A program made the translations under genes and the position numbers. 64,000 nucleotides of DNA, from IMG/VR virus record IMGVR_UViG_3300023283_000173, positions 1 through 64,000 of that record; one strand, 5' to 3'. This DNA comes from a virus (taxonomy: Duplodnaviria > Caudoviricetes). This document shows positions 27,065 through 37,194 of this stretch, piece after piece. How positions within the stretch are numbered: the first letter of the stretch is position 1; each line of letters starts with the position of its first letter. Below the pieces are notes generated by a model. That model saw only the letters and a list, made by a program, of their open reading frames with translations. It was not told the origin of the DNA and made no database searches.

Positions 27065-27373
27065 CTACGCGACCGTGACCGTCACGCCCCCGCCGGACAC
27101 ACTCACGAGCTCGGCCTTGAAGAACGGCATCCGCACCGTGAGGTTGGTCACGCCGACGGCACTGATCGCCCCGCCGACGTCGTTCCAGCTCACCCCGTCG
27201 ATCGACTGCCGAGGCTGAATCGAGAAGGTCGGCGTACCGCTCGTCGTCCGCACCTCCAGCGTTGCCTCGTCGAAGCGGAGCGTCGCGTGCTTGTACTCCG
27301 GGTTGTTTACGACCACCCCGTCGCCCGGTGCCGTGGCGTCGTCATGGAGTACCCTCGGACTCTTCACCACCAT
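27065..27373 (-). CDS. Beta-rich hypothetical protein (possibly virion)
   Basis: 102-aa ORF with RBS. Confidence 0.6.
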   Translation of the reverse strand: MVVKSPRVLHDDATAPGDGVVVNNPEYKHATLRFDEATLEVRTTSGTPTFSIQPRQSIDGVSWNDVGGAISAVGVTNLTVRMPFFKAELVSVSGGGVTVTVA

Positions 27374-27387
27374 CGTCCTGTCCTCTC

Positions 27388-28134
27388 CTACTGCGCTCCG
27401 TCGACGACCTCTTCGAACGTCCTACGGTACTCCTCGTACAACTCTCTGTGCAAGTCCCTATCCCCCTCTGCGGACCTGCGGAGTAGCAGGGCGTAGGTCT
27501 GCACGCTCTTCATCCACGCCAGCAGGTCGAACAGACCGCGGCGCGTGAACCCCGTGATCTCCCAGTGACACGCGTCGTCCTCGCTCAGGTTAGGATACTG
27601 CTCCTCTACCTCCTCCCGCGTGTACCCCCGTCCGATCATGTCATAGGCGTCGCAGACCTCCCGGAGGAACTCGGCGTAGTCCGCGGTGACGGTAACGGCC
27701 ATGGAGACTTCGGGGTCTCCGGCAGCGGCTGCACGCTCGGCACAGGCGGCAACGGAATCACGATCGGCGCCTGCCTCGACCTCGCACATGACGCGCTGAA
27801 CGTCACGATACACACGATCGCCGACAGCCGCAGGGTTCTCTCGAGCACGTCTCTCATACTGCTGCTCCAGGTCTCTCAGCCGCCTCTGCATCTCGGCCTC
27901 GGCCTCGAGGGCCGTTCTGCGACTCTCCAGGTGGGCCTCGGCACGCTCCTCTCGCAGGGTCCTGAGTTTCTCCTCGTACTCGGCCTCCTGCCTCGACAGC
28001 TCCGCCCTAATACGGTTCTCCGCACTCTCCCTGACCAGGTTGTTATATCCTACGACGAGCTCCCTAAGGCCGAGGAACAGGGCGGGTACCGCCACGAGCC
28101 CGGCGACGGCGGCGAATATCGCACGGGCGGTCAT
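27388..28134 (-). CDS. Putative i-spanin (Rz-like)
   Basis: N-terminal TM plus long coiled coil, after endolysin and holin. Confidence 0.6.
   Translation of the reverse strand: MTARAIFAAVAGLVAVPALFLGLRELVVGYNNLVRESAENRIRAELSRQEAEYEEKLRTLREERAEAHLESRRTALEAEAEMQRRLRDLEQQYERRARENPAAVGDRVYRDVQRVMCEVEAGADRDSVAACAERAAAAGDPEVSMAVTVTADYAEFLREVCDAYDMIGRGYTREEVEEQYPNLSEDDACHWEITGFTRRGLFDLLAWMKSVQTYALLLRRSAEGDRDLHRELYEEYRRTFEEVVDGAQ
27636..27857 (-). CDS. Putative embedded o-spanin (Rz1-like lipoprotein)
   Basis: Nested in another frame; signal with FSAS-C lipobox-like site, Pro-rich mature part. Confidence 0.45.
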   Translation of the reverse strand: MRDVLERTLRLSAIVCIVTFSASCARSRQAPIVIPLPPVPSVQPLPETPKSPWPLPSPRTTPSSSGRSATPMT

Positions 28135-28397
28135 CTGATCTTGTCCAGTATGTTCTTGTCGTCGATCACGGCCCCGAACACGTACACGCAGACGATCACG
28201 ATCAACGTCAGATACGACATCGTCATGGCGGTCTCCGCGGGCTCCGTGTCGACTCCTGTAGCCAGTATGTAGCATACCGTGGCCATGCAGAACAGGCCTA
28301 TCACGAACATCACGAGGCGCCGCATCTTCCAGCTACCGTGGTGCTGTAGATTGATCGTCTCTCTCGCGTCTGCAGTCAACTGCACGTCCTCAGTCAT
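28131..28397 (-). CDS. Putative holin (2 TM)
   Basis: Two TM helices, adjacent to endolysin. Confidence 0.6.
   Translation of the reverse strand: MTEDVQLTADARETINLQHHGSWKMRRLVMFVIGLFCMATVCYILATGVDTEPAETAMTMSYLTLIVIVCVYVFGAVIDDKNILDKIR
28371..28384. repeat. 14-bp near-palindrome, copy 6
   Basis: Exact copy near the holin start. Confidence 0.9.
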
Positions 28398-28944
28398 AGG
28401 CTCGTCTCAACCACCCCCGCAAGAACTTCTCCATGCTCGGACGCCTCGTCGCCAGCACGCGGTAGAAGCCGGCCATCTCCGACCTGAAGGAGGCCACCAC
28501 ACAGGCCGGTGCTCCGACAGCCCACAAGGCACTCTCGGTCTTCGGACCGACTATACCGTCGTCGTCCAGGTCGCCCCCTCCGGCGGCTCTTATCGCCCTC
28601 TGGAGGAGGCGATGCGCAGTGCGAGGCCCCATGTTCACGCACGCGTCGAACACCTTCTCGCCGACCCCGACCGGCATCTTCTCGTAGTCGTACCTATCCC
28701 AGAACTCTGTCCTGTACAGCTCGACCGCCTGCTCCCTCGTAAGCCCGCGCACGTCGTCCGCATCGACGTCCCCGTCGCCGTCCGCGTCCAGGTCGATCCC
28801 CGCGACGTTCGTACCGGATAGGCGCGCCCGCAGGAACCTCAACGACACGCCCCAGTTCGTCGCCCCACCGGGATCGTCAGGATCGTCCACGAAGCCGCCC
28901 TCGTGATCCAATACCCTCCGAACCGCCTCGTCGAACCTGTTCAT
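28390..28944 (-). CDS. Endolysin, glycoside hydrolase family 108 with PG-binding domain
   Basis: HEGGFVDDPDDPGGATNWGVS; FDACVNMG; DDDGIVGPKT. Confidence 0.9.
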   Translation of the reverse strand: MNRFDEAVRRVLDHEGGFVDDPDDPGGATNWGVSLRFLRARLSGTNVAGIDLDADGDGDVDADDVRGLTREQAVELYRTEFWDRYDYEKMPVGVGEKVFDACVNMGPRTAHRLLQRAIRAAGGGDLDDDGIVGPKTESALWAVGAPACVVASFRSEMAGFYRVLATRRPSMEKFLRGWLRRAYD

Positions 28945-29399
28945 CGCATCCTCTCGCACTCTGGCGGCGTCCAGACGTTGCCCGTCAGCAGCAGGTACTC
29001 GTGGCGCATCTCCTCGATCTGGTCGAACAGCAGTGAGGCGGCTGCGCGGGCACTCGGGTCGTCCTTTACGTCGCAGTACTGACGCTGGTAGTTGATCAGG
29101 TTCAGCCGCATGTCGCGCTCCTCCATGCGGTCCCAGCGCGCCATGAGTCGGGTAAACTTCGCGTCGAGCTCGTCGAACTGACTGTTCACCTCCTGCGCCT
29201 GCGCGTAACCGGACAGATACGGTACGAGACCCTTGCTGGCAGCTACGTGTCCGACGACGCCCAGCAGCAGGACCAGGTTGAGTACCAGTAGCACCTTAAT
29301 GGCGTTGACCAGTCGCATCTCGAAGTCCTCCTCGCCGGGACGCCTCGGCCACAGCGATCTGAAGTACACCCTGATCATGTCTGCGACTCCGCGTATCAT
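28941..29399 (-). CDS. Membrane-anchored coiled-coil protein (lysis-associated?)
   Basis: One TM segment then a helical domain. Confidence 0.6.
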   Translation of the reverse strand: MIRGVADMIRVYFRSLWPRRPGEEDFEMRLVNAIKVLLVLNLVLLLGVVGHVAASKGLVPYLSGYAQAQEVNSQFDELDAKFTRLMARWDRMEERDMRLNLINYQRQYCDVKDDPSARAAASLLFDQIEEMRHEYLLLTGNVWTPPECERMR

Positions 29400-29411
29400 C
29401 CGAACACCCCG

Positions 29412-29450
29412 TGAAGCGTAGCATTCCGGAAAACTCGGTCCAACCGCAAC
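29412..29450 (-). promoter_or_regulatory. 39-bp repeated element, copy B (upstream of lysis genes)
   Basis: 38/39 identical to 21825..21863. Confidence 0.6.
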
Positions 29451-29533
29451 TCTCCGTCGCGACCGAGCATAGCACAACCTGTAGGTCGAGACCAAAGAGC
29501 CAGAAACACACTGGCCGGTATCCGGACCAGGTA

Positions 29534-29905
29534 CTACACTCTATCACCCTCCGTCCTCTGACCCTGCGCCAGCGCATGCCACCGCTCTCGCGTCATCACC
29601 GCGCCGTTGATCTCGCGGCCTTCACGCACCCATTGGACCCAGCAACAGTCGCCGACGAATGTATATCCGGGCAGCCGGCCGCGCACGTCAGTCAGGCAGA
29701 CGTCCGGCCTCGCCGCTCCGCAGCACGGACACATCACCCGCGTCTGTAGCCCGACTTGTTTCCGAGGCAGCGCGAGAGGCTCCAGCTCGTCGGGCAGAGT
29801 ACGCGTCTGCCGCTTGAGGCGGACCGACACAGTCTCGACGATCTCCGCCCGCTCGCGGTCGGTCCGCCCCTCCCAGACATCCCGATAGCTCCGCGTCGCC
29901 ATCAT
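29534..29905 (-). CDS. Cys-containing hypothetical protein after the tail tip gene
   Basis: CPCC...CCW; coupled to the J stop. Confidence 0.55.
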   Translation of the reverse strand: MMATRSYRDVWEGRTDRERAEIVETVSVRLKRQTRTLPDELEPLALPRKQVGLQTRVMCPCCGAARPDVCLTDVRGRLPGYTFVGDCCWVQWVREGREINGAVMTRERWHALAQGQRTEGDRV

Positions 29906-32900
29906 CCGATCTCCGATTCGAATGTCATGTCCGGCGTGCCCGTAGGCGTCGCGGTCTCCTCCGTCGGGCTACTGTCGTCCTCCTCCCAGGTCACGTTCGT
30001 CAGGCTGTCGAGTCCGCCTGGCGCGCCGCTCTGGTCGATCAGTTCGATCGCGAACTCGCGGCCCGAGTGGGCCGTCACGTCGTTGCCGACCGTTTTCGTC
30101 GTGGAAACGGATGTGTTGGCACCGGCGCTAATCTGAGCCGTCCCGACCGAGACCCAGCCGCCGCCCTCGTTGATGAAAAACTCAAACGTCAGGTTGGTGA
30201 ACTGGTCCGGAAACCCGTCGCCGTCGGTGTCCTCGCTGGTAGCCTGGATATCATAGTTCCACGTCGCCTTGCCGTCGTTCGGCGCCGCGGTCGTACTGAT
30301 GCCCGCCTCCCACCTGATCCCGCTGATTAACACGCCGGCGCCCGACTGCTTGGTCGTCGTGCCCGTGCTCTGGCCGACGATCTTGAGCGACGCGGTAAAC
30401 CCCGTCACACTGAGATTCTCGGGCACAAACTTGGGCGAAAAACCGTCTTTCTGGATGCCGCCCGAGAACGCAACCTTCGGTGGGGCGAGGTAGGGATTCG
30501 CAAACGCGACTACGTCGCCGTCGCGCAGGGTGGCAGATTCGAGGCCGAACCGTCCCGGCCGCGCCACTTCCGAACCCTGGTTCATCAGGATGCCGGCGAC
30601 GAGCTGGGCTTGCTGCGTGAGCGAGCCGAGGCTGCGGATCGCCGCGTCGCTCAGGCCGCCGGTGACGGGCTGGGGCGAGAGGACCACGTCGTCGGCCGTC
30701 TCGCGCTGGCTGCGGAACGGCGGCTCCTCGAAGGGCAGGGCCTTGGGGCCGCGGTTGAGCATCAACGCTCTACTGAATGCGGTCTCAGTCGTGTCACGAT
30801 TCTGCTCAAATACCGCAACAAATGCGGTGCCAGCCGGTATCTCAACCCCTTCAATTGTCGCATCTTGTGGTATATCGCTATTTATATCAGCGCTCGTCGG
30901 CTGCGAAATATTTACGGAATTGCTATCGCGGAATCGCAAAAATAACCGAACGCGATCAGCACCCGTGGCAGACCACAGCTTAGCTCGTGCTGACAGGAGC
31001 TCTCCGATCTCGAGCTCCAAAACATCAAGCGGAATATCTATATTGCCGTCGCGTAAATTGAATGTCGTCGTCCATGAATTCTCGGGTCCCGTGTTGGGCC
31101 CGAGCAGGTTCTGGCCCCTGCTCTTGCTGTCCGCCTCCACATCTTCCGCCGGGGTGTTAACCACCATATCCCCGGCCAGCAACCCGTCCTGGAAACTGAG
31201 CCTACCGCTCTCGTTGATCAGTTTCGGGGCGCTGTCGGGCAGGAACGCTTGAGCGAACAACTGCGCCTCATCAATCTGTTCCGAGCTCGAGACACAGCCG
31301 ATGCCGACAATGATGGTGTCGGCGTCTGGCGTCCAATCGGCGATGGTGGAGGCGTTGAGCGCCTTCCACTGGCCCGATTTGTCGCGCCAGACGAAGGCCC
31401 AGTTCCCCTCATCGGCAGCCGGCAAGATTGGGAACACCGTGCCGCGCCGCGCCTTGTCATAGGCGACCCACATCACGCCGTTCCCGGTAGCTCCGGGGTT
31501 CAGGATGTTCGTGGTCGCAGTACTCCCGTCGTTGACGAAATCGACGACCTCGCCGTTGAACACGATCCGCGCCGGGGTAGTGACTGAACGGTTCCCAGCC
31601 GCGTCGATCCCCTGCAGCGTCACCTCGCCGGGGCTGTCTCCGGGGTCTTGGCCAATCCCGACCCACGAGTTGGGGACCAACATGCCCGTGTTCGACCTGT
31701 TGTCGGCCAGTAACTCCGACGGCGTGACGCTCTGCTCGGCGGCCATCGTCACCTGCTCGTCGTCGAATGCGTCGAAGGAACCGACCCTCACGAAGCGCTG
31801 CGCGGTGTCCCCGACCTGCACCTCTGGCCGCCTCTCGGGTCCCTTGTGTACCAGAGTGGTCGCGTCCGGGGTAAAGCCGGACGTGTCGGAGACGTGTACC
31901 TCGAACCCTGCCAGGTCGTCGTCCCCGGGCGGGACTATGCTCACCTTGAGAGCCTGCGGGAGCGCGGTCAGACTGAACGCCGGAGCCGCCGGCTGCGGGT
32001 TACTCACGACCAGGCTCTGTCCGGGGCTCACCCTCTCGAACTTATCGCGGTAGAACACACGGACCTCAAATGAGCGCACCGGTCCGGACCCATCGACCTT
32101 CCTGTTGTCGAGCTGGTTCTTCTTCATCGAGTAGACGTACTCGGTGGCGACCACGCTCTCCTGCCGCAGGATCGTCCCGTCGGTCCGCCTGACCTCGACG
32201 AGCACGTCCTTCATCATAGGGTCGACCACGCCCTTGCCCGAGTCCTGCGTCCCGGCGACGACGTCGAGCAGGTCTCCGGCCGGCGTCCTGACGTCCCACT
32301 CGAAGTGCGCGTCTGTACCGTCGAACTGCGTCCCACCGTCCTCGAGGGTCAGGTTTTCGATCGAGCCCCCGGCCAGCTCCTCGGTAGTCGGCACGATCGG
32401 CACGTCGACCGAGACCTCGACCCGGTCGGAACGCGTGCCCAGCGCGTTTATCTGCTGTACGGTGATCTCGTAGGTGCCGAACTTCACCTCCGGTATCACC
32501 GCGGACGACGTCGCCACCGTCGGCAGGGTCGTCCAGTTGTCGTCGTTCCTGCGAAACCGGACGAGGTACACGTCGGTGCCCGGGTCTGGACGCGGTTCCA
32601 CGCTGTTCGGGTCCAGCGGGAAGTCCCAGTCGACCTTGATGCGCCGGTCTACCCTGTCGGCCTGCACGATGCTGATCGGAACTGCCGTCACGTTGCGGAC
32701 TGGAGGTGCCTTCGTCGGATCCGGGAGCGTCATGCGCTCCTCCCGGTCCACGTCCATGCCGCGGTCGATCACGTCGTGCTTGGTCTCGTCGTAGACCTTG
32801 GCGATCACCTCGACCCAGACCTCGTCGACCGGCTCAACCGAGATCACCACGAACTCCTCCGGCACGAAGCCCTGCTCTATCAGCAGGTACACCTCTCCCG

Positions 32901-34917
32901 GCACGACGGCGGTCGCGGGGGTCTCCGCAAGCGTCACCTGGTCGCCGGACCAGGACGCCGACAGCTCCTCTATAGTCCCGTCCATGTGCTCCACGTGGAA
33001 CGTACCGCTCCCGTCGGCCTCGACCGAGCGGTCCAGGGTGACGACGTCGACACCGTCGAAGTCGACGACGCGACCTGCAGCCACCGCGTTCCCGCGCGCC
33101 TCGTCGGCGATCAGTATGTGATCTCCAGGCGCTACTCCCGTCGCCCCGTCCTCGCCTCCGCGCTCCAGGTAGTCATGGTCCCACGCCGCCTGATACGACA
33201 CGACCTCGTCCTCGACCTCCTGACTGCGCAGGAAGTGCAGTCCCTGCCTCCTGGCCTGCGTCCGAGAAGCTATGCCGATCGACCCGAGCTCTTTCACGCG
33301 AAAACCGAACTTGCGTCGCAGGTCGTTGTCCTCGACCGTCTCCACCGCCTTCTTGAACAGGTTGTCCGGGTCCGCGTACGACACCTCGACGACCGAGTAG
33401 CGCTGTCTCTCGCTCTCGCCGCTGTAGTTGAAGTCCCCGTCGCGCACGTTGCTGTTGGTGACCAGCTTCACGGGCGACCTGGGCTGATCGGGTACGGCCC
33501 ACGCCTTGGCGTCGACCCAGTACAACATGCCCCGGAAGGTCGACACGAGTTCGGAGAGCAGGTGGAACGCCTCTCCGCGGTTGCGGATCGCTGCGTTCAT
33601 CGCGAAGCGCGGCTCCACCTCGTCCGCAGTAGGACTCGTCCCCGTCGGGTCCTGTCCCGGATCGGAGCCCAGGTCGAGCACGAAAGTCGTGTCGTCCGTC
33701 ACACTGTCTACGAAGAAGTGGTCGTTGTAGAACGCCTGGTCGAACCCGTCGAGCATCACGTACTGCCAGCGACCGTCCCGGCTCAGGCGGTGACCGGTCG
33801 CCGTGCTAACGGTCAGTCTGTCTCCGTTCCTGACCGTCGTCGAGACGTCTCGTACACCCTTGCCCCTGCTGATCATCTCGTCCGACCACTTGCCGAGCTT
33901 GAACAGGGTCGGGTCGTCTATCAGGCTCTCATCGACCCAGTTACCGAGTCCGAAGCGAGGGTGCAGCAGCATGAGTCGGAGGCAGAAAGAGGGGTTGTTC
34001 GAGTACACGAGGTCCGGGTCCGGCACACCACCCTCGTCCACTAGTTGTCCCGGCGTCCAGGTCCCATCCCAGGCGCCCGAGAACTTGCGCTGCCGAGGAT
34101 CATAGTTCGACGGCACCTGCATGAGCGACCCGAACAGGTGGTACTGCCTGTTCGGCAGGCGGTTGCCGAACTGCTTGGCGTCGAACTCGGTACCTACGAC
34201 GGCCCGGTCCTCGTAGTTCACCTTCAGCTCCAGTACCTTGGTGTACCTGGCGAACTTGATATCGTTCGTGGTCTTCACACTGGTGGCCTCGGGCGTGGTC
34301 CGGGTCACCCTTATCTCGATCATGCCCGGATCTGAGATCGGCACCCGGAAGTCGCGCTCGAAGAACTTACTCTGCTTACCGCGAATCGTGGCCTCTCCGA
34401 CCTCCTCGAAGGCACTGCTGTTCTGAGCTCTCTCGATTTTGAACGTGACGGACGTCCCGACTACATCACCGTCCTCCTCGACCTTGAGGAAGGAGTCGGT
34501 ACTGATCGTCACGATTACGGCGGTCGTCTCGACGTCGTTGAAGGAGATTGTGACGGGCGTGTCCGCCGGCAGGTCCTGGGCGACCTGGACCGTGGTGCGC
34601 ACGTCGTCGAACCCCGGCAGCGCCGGCTGGTCTCCGGTGCCGTTGTTCATGAACACGACCACGCCCTCGAAGTTGGCGACGCCGTCCAGAGACCGCATCC
34701 TCGTCTGATTCAGAAATATCGAGCTGTCATCCTTGACGAGACCGCCGATAGGACCCTCGGCCACCAGGTCCACCACGCGACCCGTGATATTGCTCTTGAG
34801 ACTGTCGGGGGCCTCCTCAGGCGACCCTCCACCCTTACCGCCGCCGGCACCGGACGGTCGGAAGACGACCTCTACCCCCTCATCTACGCGAGCTTGACTA
34901 GAATATGAATCGGCCAT
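29902..34917 (-). CDS. Tail tip / host specificity protein (lambda J-like)
   Basis: SLKS..VVDLVAEGPI, YSNNPSFC, FN3 repeats, large C-terminal extension. Confidence 0.9.
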   Translation of the reverse strand: MADSYSSQARVDEGVEVVFRPSGAGGGKGGGSPEEAPDSLKSNITGRVVDLVAEGPIGGLVKDDSSIFLNQTRMRSLDGVANFEGVVVFMNNGTGDQPALPGFDDVRTTVQVAQDLPADTPVTISFNDVETTAVIVTISTDSFLKVEEDGDVVGTSVTFKIERAQNSSAFEEVGEATIRGKQSKFFERDFRVPISDPGMIEIRVTRTTPEATSVKTTNDIKFARYTKVLELKVNYEDRAVVGTEFDAKQFGNRLPNRQYHLFGSLMQVPSNYDPRQRKFSGAWDGTWTPGQLVDEGGVPDPDLVYSNNPSFCLRLMLLHPRFGLGNWVDESLIDDPTLFKLGKWSDEMISRGKGVRDVSTTVRNGDRLTVSTATGHRLSRDGRWQYVMLDGFDQAFYNDHFFVDSVTDDTTFVLDLGSDPGQDPTGTSPTADEVEPRFAMNAAIRNRGEAFHLLSELVSTFRGMLYWVDAKAWAVPDQPRSPVKLVTNSNVRDGDFNYSGESERQRYSVVEVSYADPDNLFKKAVETVEDNDLRRKFGFRVKELGSIGIASRTQARRQGLHFLRSQEVEDEVVSYQAAWDHDYLERGGEDGATGVAPGDHILIADEARGNAVAAGRVVDFDGVDVVTLDRSVEADGSGTFHVEHMDGTIEELSASWSGDQVTLAETPATAVVPGEVYLLIEQGFVPEEFVVISVEPVDEVWVEVIAKVYDETKHDVIDRGMDVDREERMTLPDPTKAPPVRNVTAVPISIVQADRVDRRIKVDWDFPLDPNSVEPRPDPGTDVYLVRFRRNDDNWTTLPTVATSSAVIPEVKFGTYEITVQQINALGTRSDRVEVSVDVPIVPTTEELAGGSIENLTLEDGGTQFDGTDAHFEWDVRTPAGDLLDVVAGTQDSGKGVVDPMMKDVLVEVRRTDGTILRQESVVATEYVYSMKKNQLDNRKVDGSGPVRSFEVRVFYRDKFERVSPGQSLVVSNPQPAAPAFSLTALPQALKVSIVPPGDDDLAGFEVHVSDTSGFTPDATTLVHKGPERRPEVQVGDTAQRFVRVGSFDAFDDEQVTMAAEQSVTPSELLADNRSNTGMLVPNSWVGIGQDPGDSPGEVTLQGIDAAGNRSVTTPARIVFNGEVVDFVNDGSTATTNILNPGATGNGVMWVAYDKARRGTVFPILPAADEGNWAFVWRDKSGQWKALNASTIADWTPDADTIIVGIGCVSSSEQIDEAQLFAQAFLPDSAPKLINESGRLSFQDGLLAGDMVVNTPAEDVEADSKSRGQNLLGPNTGPENSWTTTFNLRDGNIDIPLDVLELEIGELLSARAKLWSATGADRVRLFLRFRDSNSVNISQPTSADINSDIPQDATIEGVEIPAGTAFVAVFEQNRDTTETAFSRALMLNRGPKALPFEEPPFRSQRETADDVVLSPQPVTGGLSDAAIRSLGSLTQQAQLVAGILMNQGSEVARPGRFGLESATLRDGDVVAFANPYLAPPKVAFSGGIQKDGFSPKFVPENLSVTGFTASLKIVGQSTGTTTKQSGAGVLISGIRWEAGISTTAAPNDGKATWNYDIQATSEDTDGDGFPDQFTNLTFEFFINEGGGWVSVGTAQISAGANTSVSTTKTVGNDVTAHSGREFAIELIDQSGAPGGLDSLTNVTWEEDDSSPTEETATPTGTPDMTFESEIG

Positions 34918-35665
34918 GGAAGAACGCCCCTCCTCCGAACCTGTTGAACCCTGTCGTCGGCGGAGACACCGCGCCGGTCGACGAGGACTCCAGCGCAGAC
35001 GAGACGACGACACCTCCCGTCACGACCTCACCCAGCAGTACCGGTATCGTCGCGCCCTCCCTGTTCACAGCAATCGGCGCCCCGAAAGTGAAGCTCGACG
35101 GCGAGTCCTCGTCGGCGCCGGACGAGGGCTGCTTAGCGACCAGGTTCGACAGGCCCCCGAGGGCGAAGGCGGCCCCGAGGACCGTGAGCGTCCCGAACGT
35201 GACGGTAGTCCCCAACGCGGTGAACGCGGTAGCCCCGAATCCGGCCTGGATACCGGCGGCTGCGGGAGAGACGCCGAGCGCGGCCGCCGCAGAGGCCTGC
35301 GCGCCGGTGGTCGTACCGGCTGCAGAGGTAGCCAGCGCGCCGCCTATGCCCGTGGCGAGCAGTGCCCCCCCGATCGCTATCTGGAAGATCGCCTTACCGG
35401 TGCGACTCTTACCTCCGACCATGGCCGGCACGAAGTGGAAGTCTCCGGCTTCTCGCGGGATCGTGACCTCTGCCGGCATGATCTCCCTGCTCGGAGCCGG
35501 CTCGTCTCCGACCGCCACGTGCCACCACCCACGGCGTACGTCGAGCTCGAACTCAGGGTAGTTACAGGTCATCACCTGTACCGCGTCCTTCGGGGACCAG
35601 GCGGCCAGTCTGTGCTCGTGACCGTACTTGTCCGCCAGCGGACCGTACAGGAACACGCCGCGCAT
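34898..35665 (-). CDS. Tail assembly protein (lambda I-like)
   Basis: LYGPLADKYG, SFTFG..REGATIPVLLGE. Confidence 0.85.
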   Translation of the reverse strand: MRGVFLYGPLADKYGHEHRLAAWSPKDAVQVMTCNYPEFELDVRRGWWHVAVGDEPAPSREIMPAEVTIPREAGDFHFVPAMVGGKSRTGKAIFQIAIGGALLATGIGGALATSAAGTTTGAQASAAAALGVSPAAAGIQAGFGATAFTALGTTVTFGTLTVLGAAFALGGLSNLVAKQPSSGADEDSPSSFTFGAPIAVNREGATIPVLLGEVVTGGVVVSSALESSSTGAVSPPTTGFNRFGGGAFFHGRFIF

Positions 35666-35684
35666 CGGCGGGTTGTGGTCTCTC

Positions 35685-36431
35685 CTACGCACTCTCTCTC
35701 CTCCTGAACACCGCCTCGACCCTGTGCCAGTGGTGCGCCACGCTGTCCTCTCTGGACAGACCTCGAGGCATGTGATGCAGCATCGTGTCGCCCTGCACGA
35801 ACACGGCACAGTGAGACGGTACCGACGTGCCGAGTAGCCGGGCGACCAGCATGTCTCCCGGCAGCAGGTCTCCCCGCGACAATCTCCCGAGGTTCTCCAG
35901 ACCACACCTCTCGCAGCTCTCCATGAACGGACTTTGCCCCCTGTCCACAAAGTCCGGGTCGTAGCCGAAATTGGGCGGGGTCCAGCCCCTCATACGCCAC
36001 CAGTCTCTGTATAGGCTGTAGCACCAGTAAACACCCCACACGAATCGACGTCGAAGTAGAGGGGCCACAGGGAGTGAGTCACCCCACCAGACGATCCTCT
36101 GGGCAGCTCCATCACGCACCGGGATCACGCCGTAAGTCGTCCCGACCAGGTACTGCTGCTCTATGTCCCGCGCCGTCGGATGAGGCGGACCGTCTGGGTG
36201 CGAGTGCACCACCGCGGCGACCAGACCGGCCCTCCACATGCGGTCCACCTCGGGGTCGTCGACGGCGAACTCCTGCTCGGGGTCCCTCGCCGCGTTCCTG
36301 CACGGCAGGTAGGTCCCGTCGGACAGTACCACCCCGCAGGACTCACGCGGATACTCCGTCACCGCGTGCCTGCGCGCGACTTCGGCGGCCTCGGGCCAGG
36401 GGTCGTCGGGGACGTCTACGTAGGCGCTCAC
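35685..36431 (-). CDS. Tail assembly protein (lambda K-like; JAB + NlpC/P60)
   Basis: YPRESCG, VHSHPDG..PTARD, HCAVF..MLHH. Confidence 0.88.
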   Translation of the reverse strand: MSAYVDVPDDPWPEAAEVARRHAVTEYPRESCGVVLSDGTYLPCRNAARDPEQEFAVDDPEVDRMWRAGLVAAVVHSHPDGPPHPTARDIEQQYLVGTTYGVIPVRDGAAQRIVWWGDSLPVAPLLRRRFVWGVYWCYSLYRDWWRMRGWTPPNFGYDPDFVDRGQSPFMESCERCGLENLGRLSRGDLLPGDMLVARLLGTSVPSHCAVFVQGDTMLHHMPRGLSREDSVAHHWHRVEAVFRRRESA

Positions 36432-37186
36432 TGGGCCTCTCCGACGCGTCCTATACCGGGGAAGAACGCCCCAGGTAGAGACACCTCCTTGCCGAATCGC
36501 AACTCGCACCCCCTAGGCGTCTTACTACACATATCCTGCGTCGGGTCAGCGGTGGACTGGTCGTCCACCGTGAAGAACGCGGACCCGGCGTACGGGCAGG
36601 GGAAGTTTCGGCCGGTCGTCGTGAACGTCCCGTCGTCGTTGCTAAATCTGTAATCCCGATCGCAGTACCTCTTGAGGGCTACCCGCCTCGGTAACTGCAC
36701 TCCCTGGACGTCGAAAGGTGAAGTCAACTGCATCTCGAGTACCCTCTTGTTGACACCCAACTTCCGGTCTACGATGAATTGATCCAGGCCGAACACGGCC
36801 GCCGCGTCCGCGTCCGGGTTCGCCTCGACACCCCCCTGTCCGTCGGGTCTCAGGTCTAGGAACTTGGCCAGTGTAAAGAACCTGCGGACCACGGCCCCGC
36901 GGAAGTCGTCGAACTGGGCGACCAGCGCCGCCACGTTGCTACCAGACGTCGCTATGCGAAACGTCGGCTGAGCGGGCTTGCCGTCTCCGGAGGTGGCGGG
37001 AGCGTCCATCTCGACCGGCAGCCAACTGTAGTCGACACCCCCGAACCTGATCAGGACCCTCTCCTCGAATATGGTGCTCGTGTAGTAACGCACCTGGTCG
37101 TCACCGAGCGCCGTGGCGTCAACCTCGAACAGCTCAACGACCTCTCCCACCGAGAAACTACGTAACTCTTCCTTCAACTCGGGCAC
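36428..37186 (-). CDS. Minor tail protein (lambda L-like)
   Basis: VELFEVD, C-terminal Cys cluster CxY...CSK...CxLRF..FPG. Confidence 0.88.
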   Translation of the reverse strand: MPELKEELRSFSVGEVVELFEVDATALGDDQVRYYTSTIFEERVLIRFGGVDYSWLPVEMDAPATSGDGKPAQPTFRIATSGSNVAALVAQFDDFRGAVVRRFFTLAKFLDLRPDGQGGVEANPDADAAAVFGLDQFIVDRKLGVNKRVLEMQLTSPFDVQGVQLPRRVALKRYCDRDYRFSNDDGTFTTTGRNFPCPYAGSAFFTVDDQSTADPTQDMCSKTPRGCELRFGKEVSLPGAFFPGIGRVGEAQ

Positions 37187-37194
37187 GATACCTC

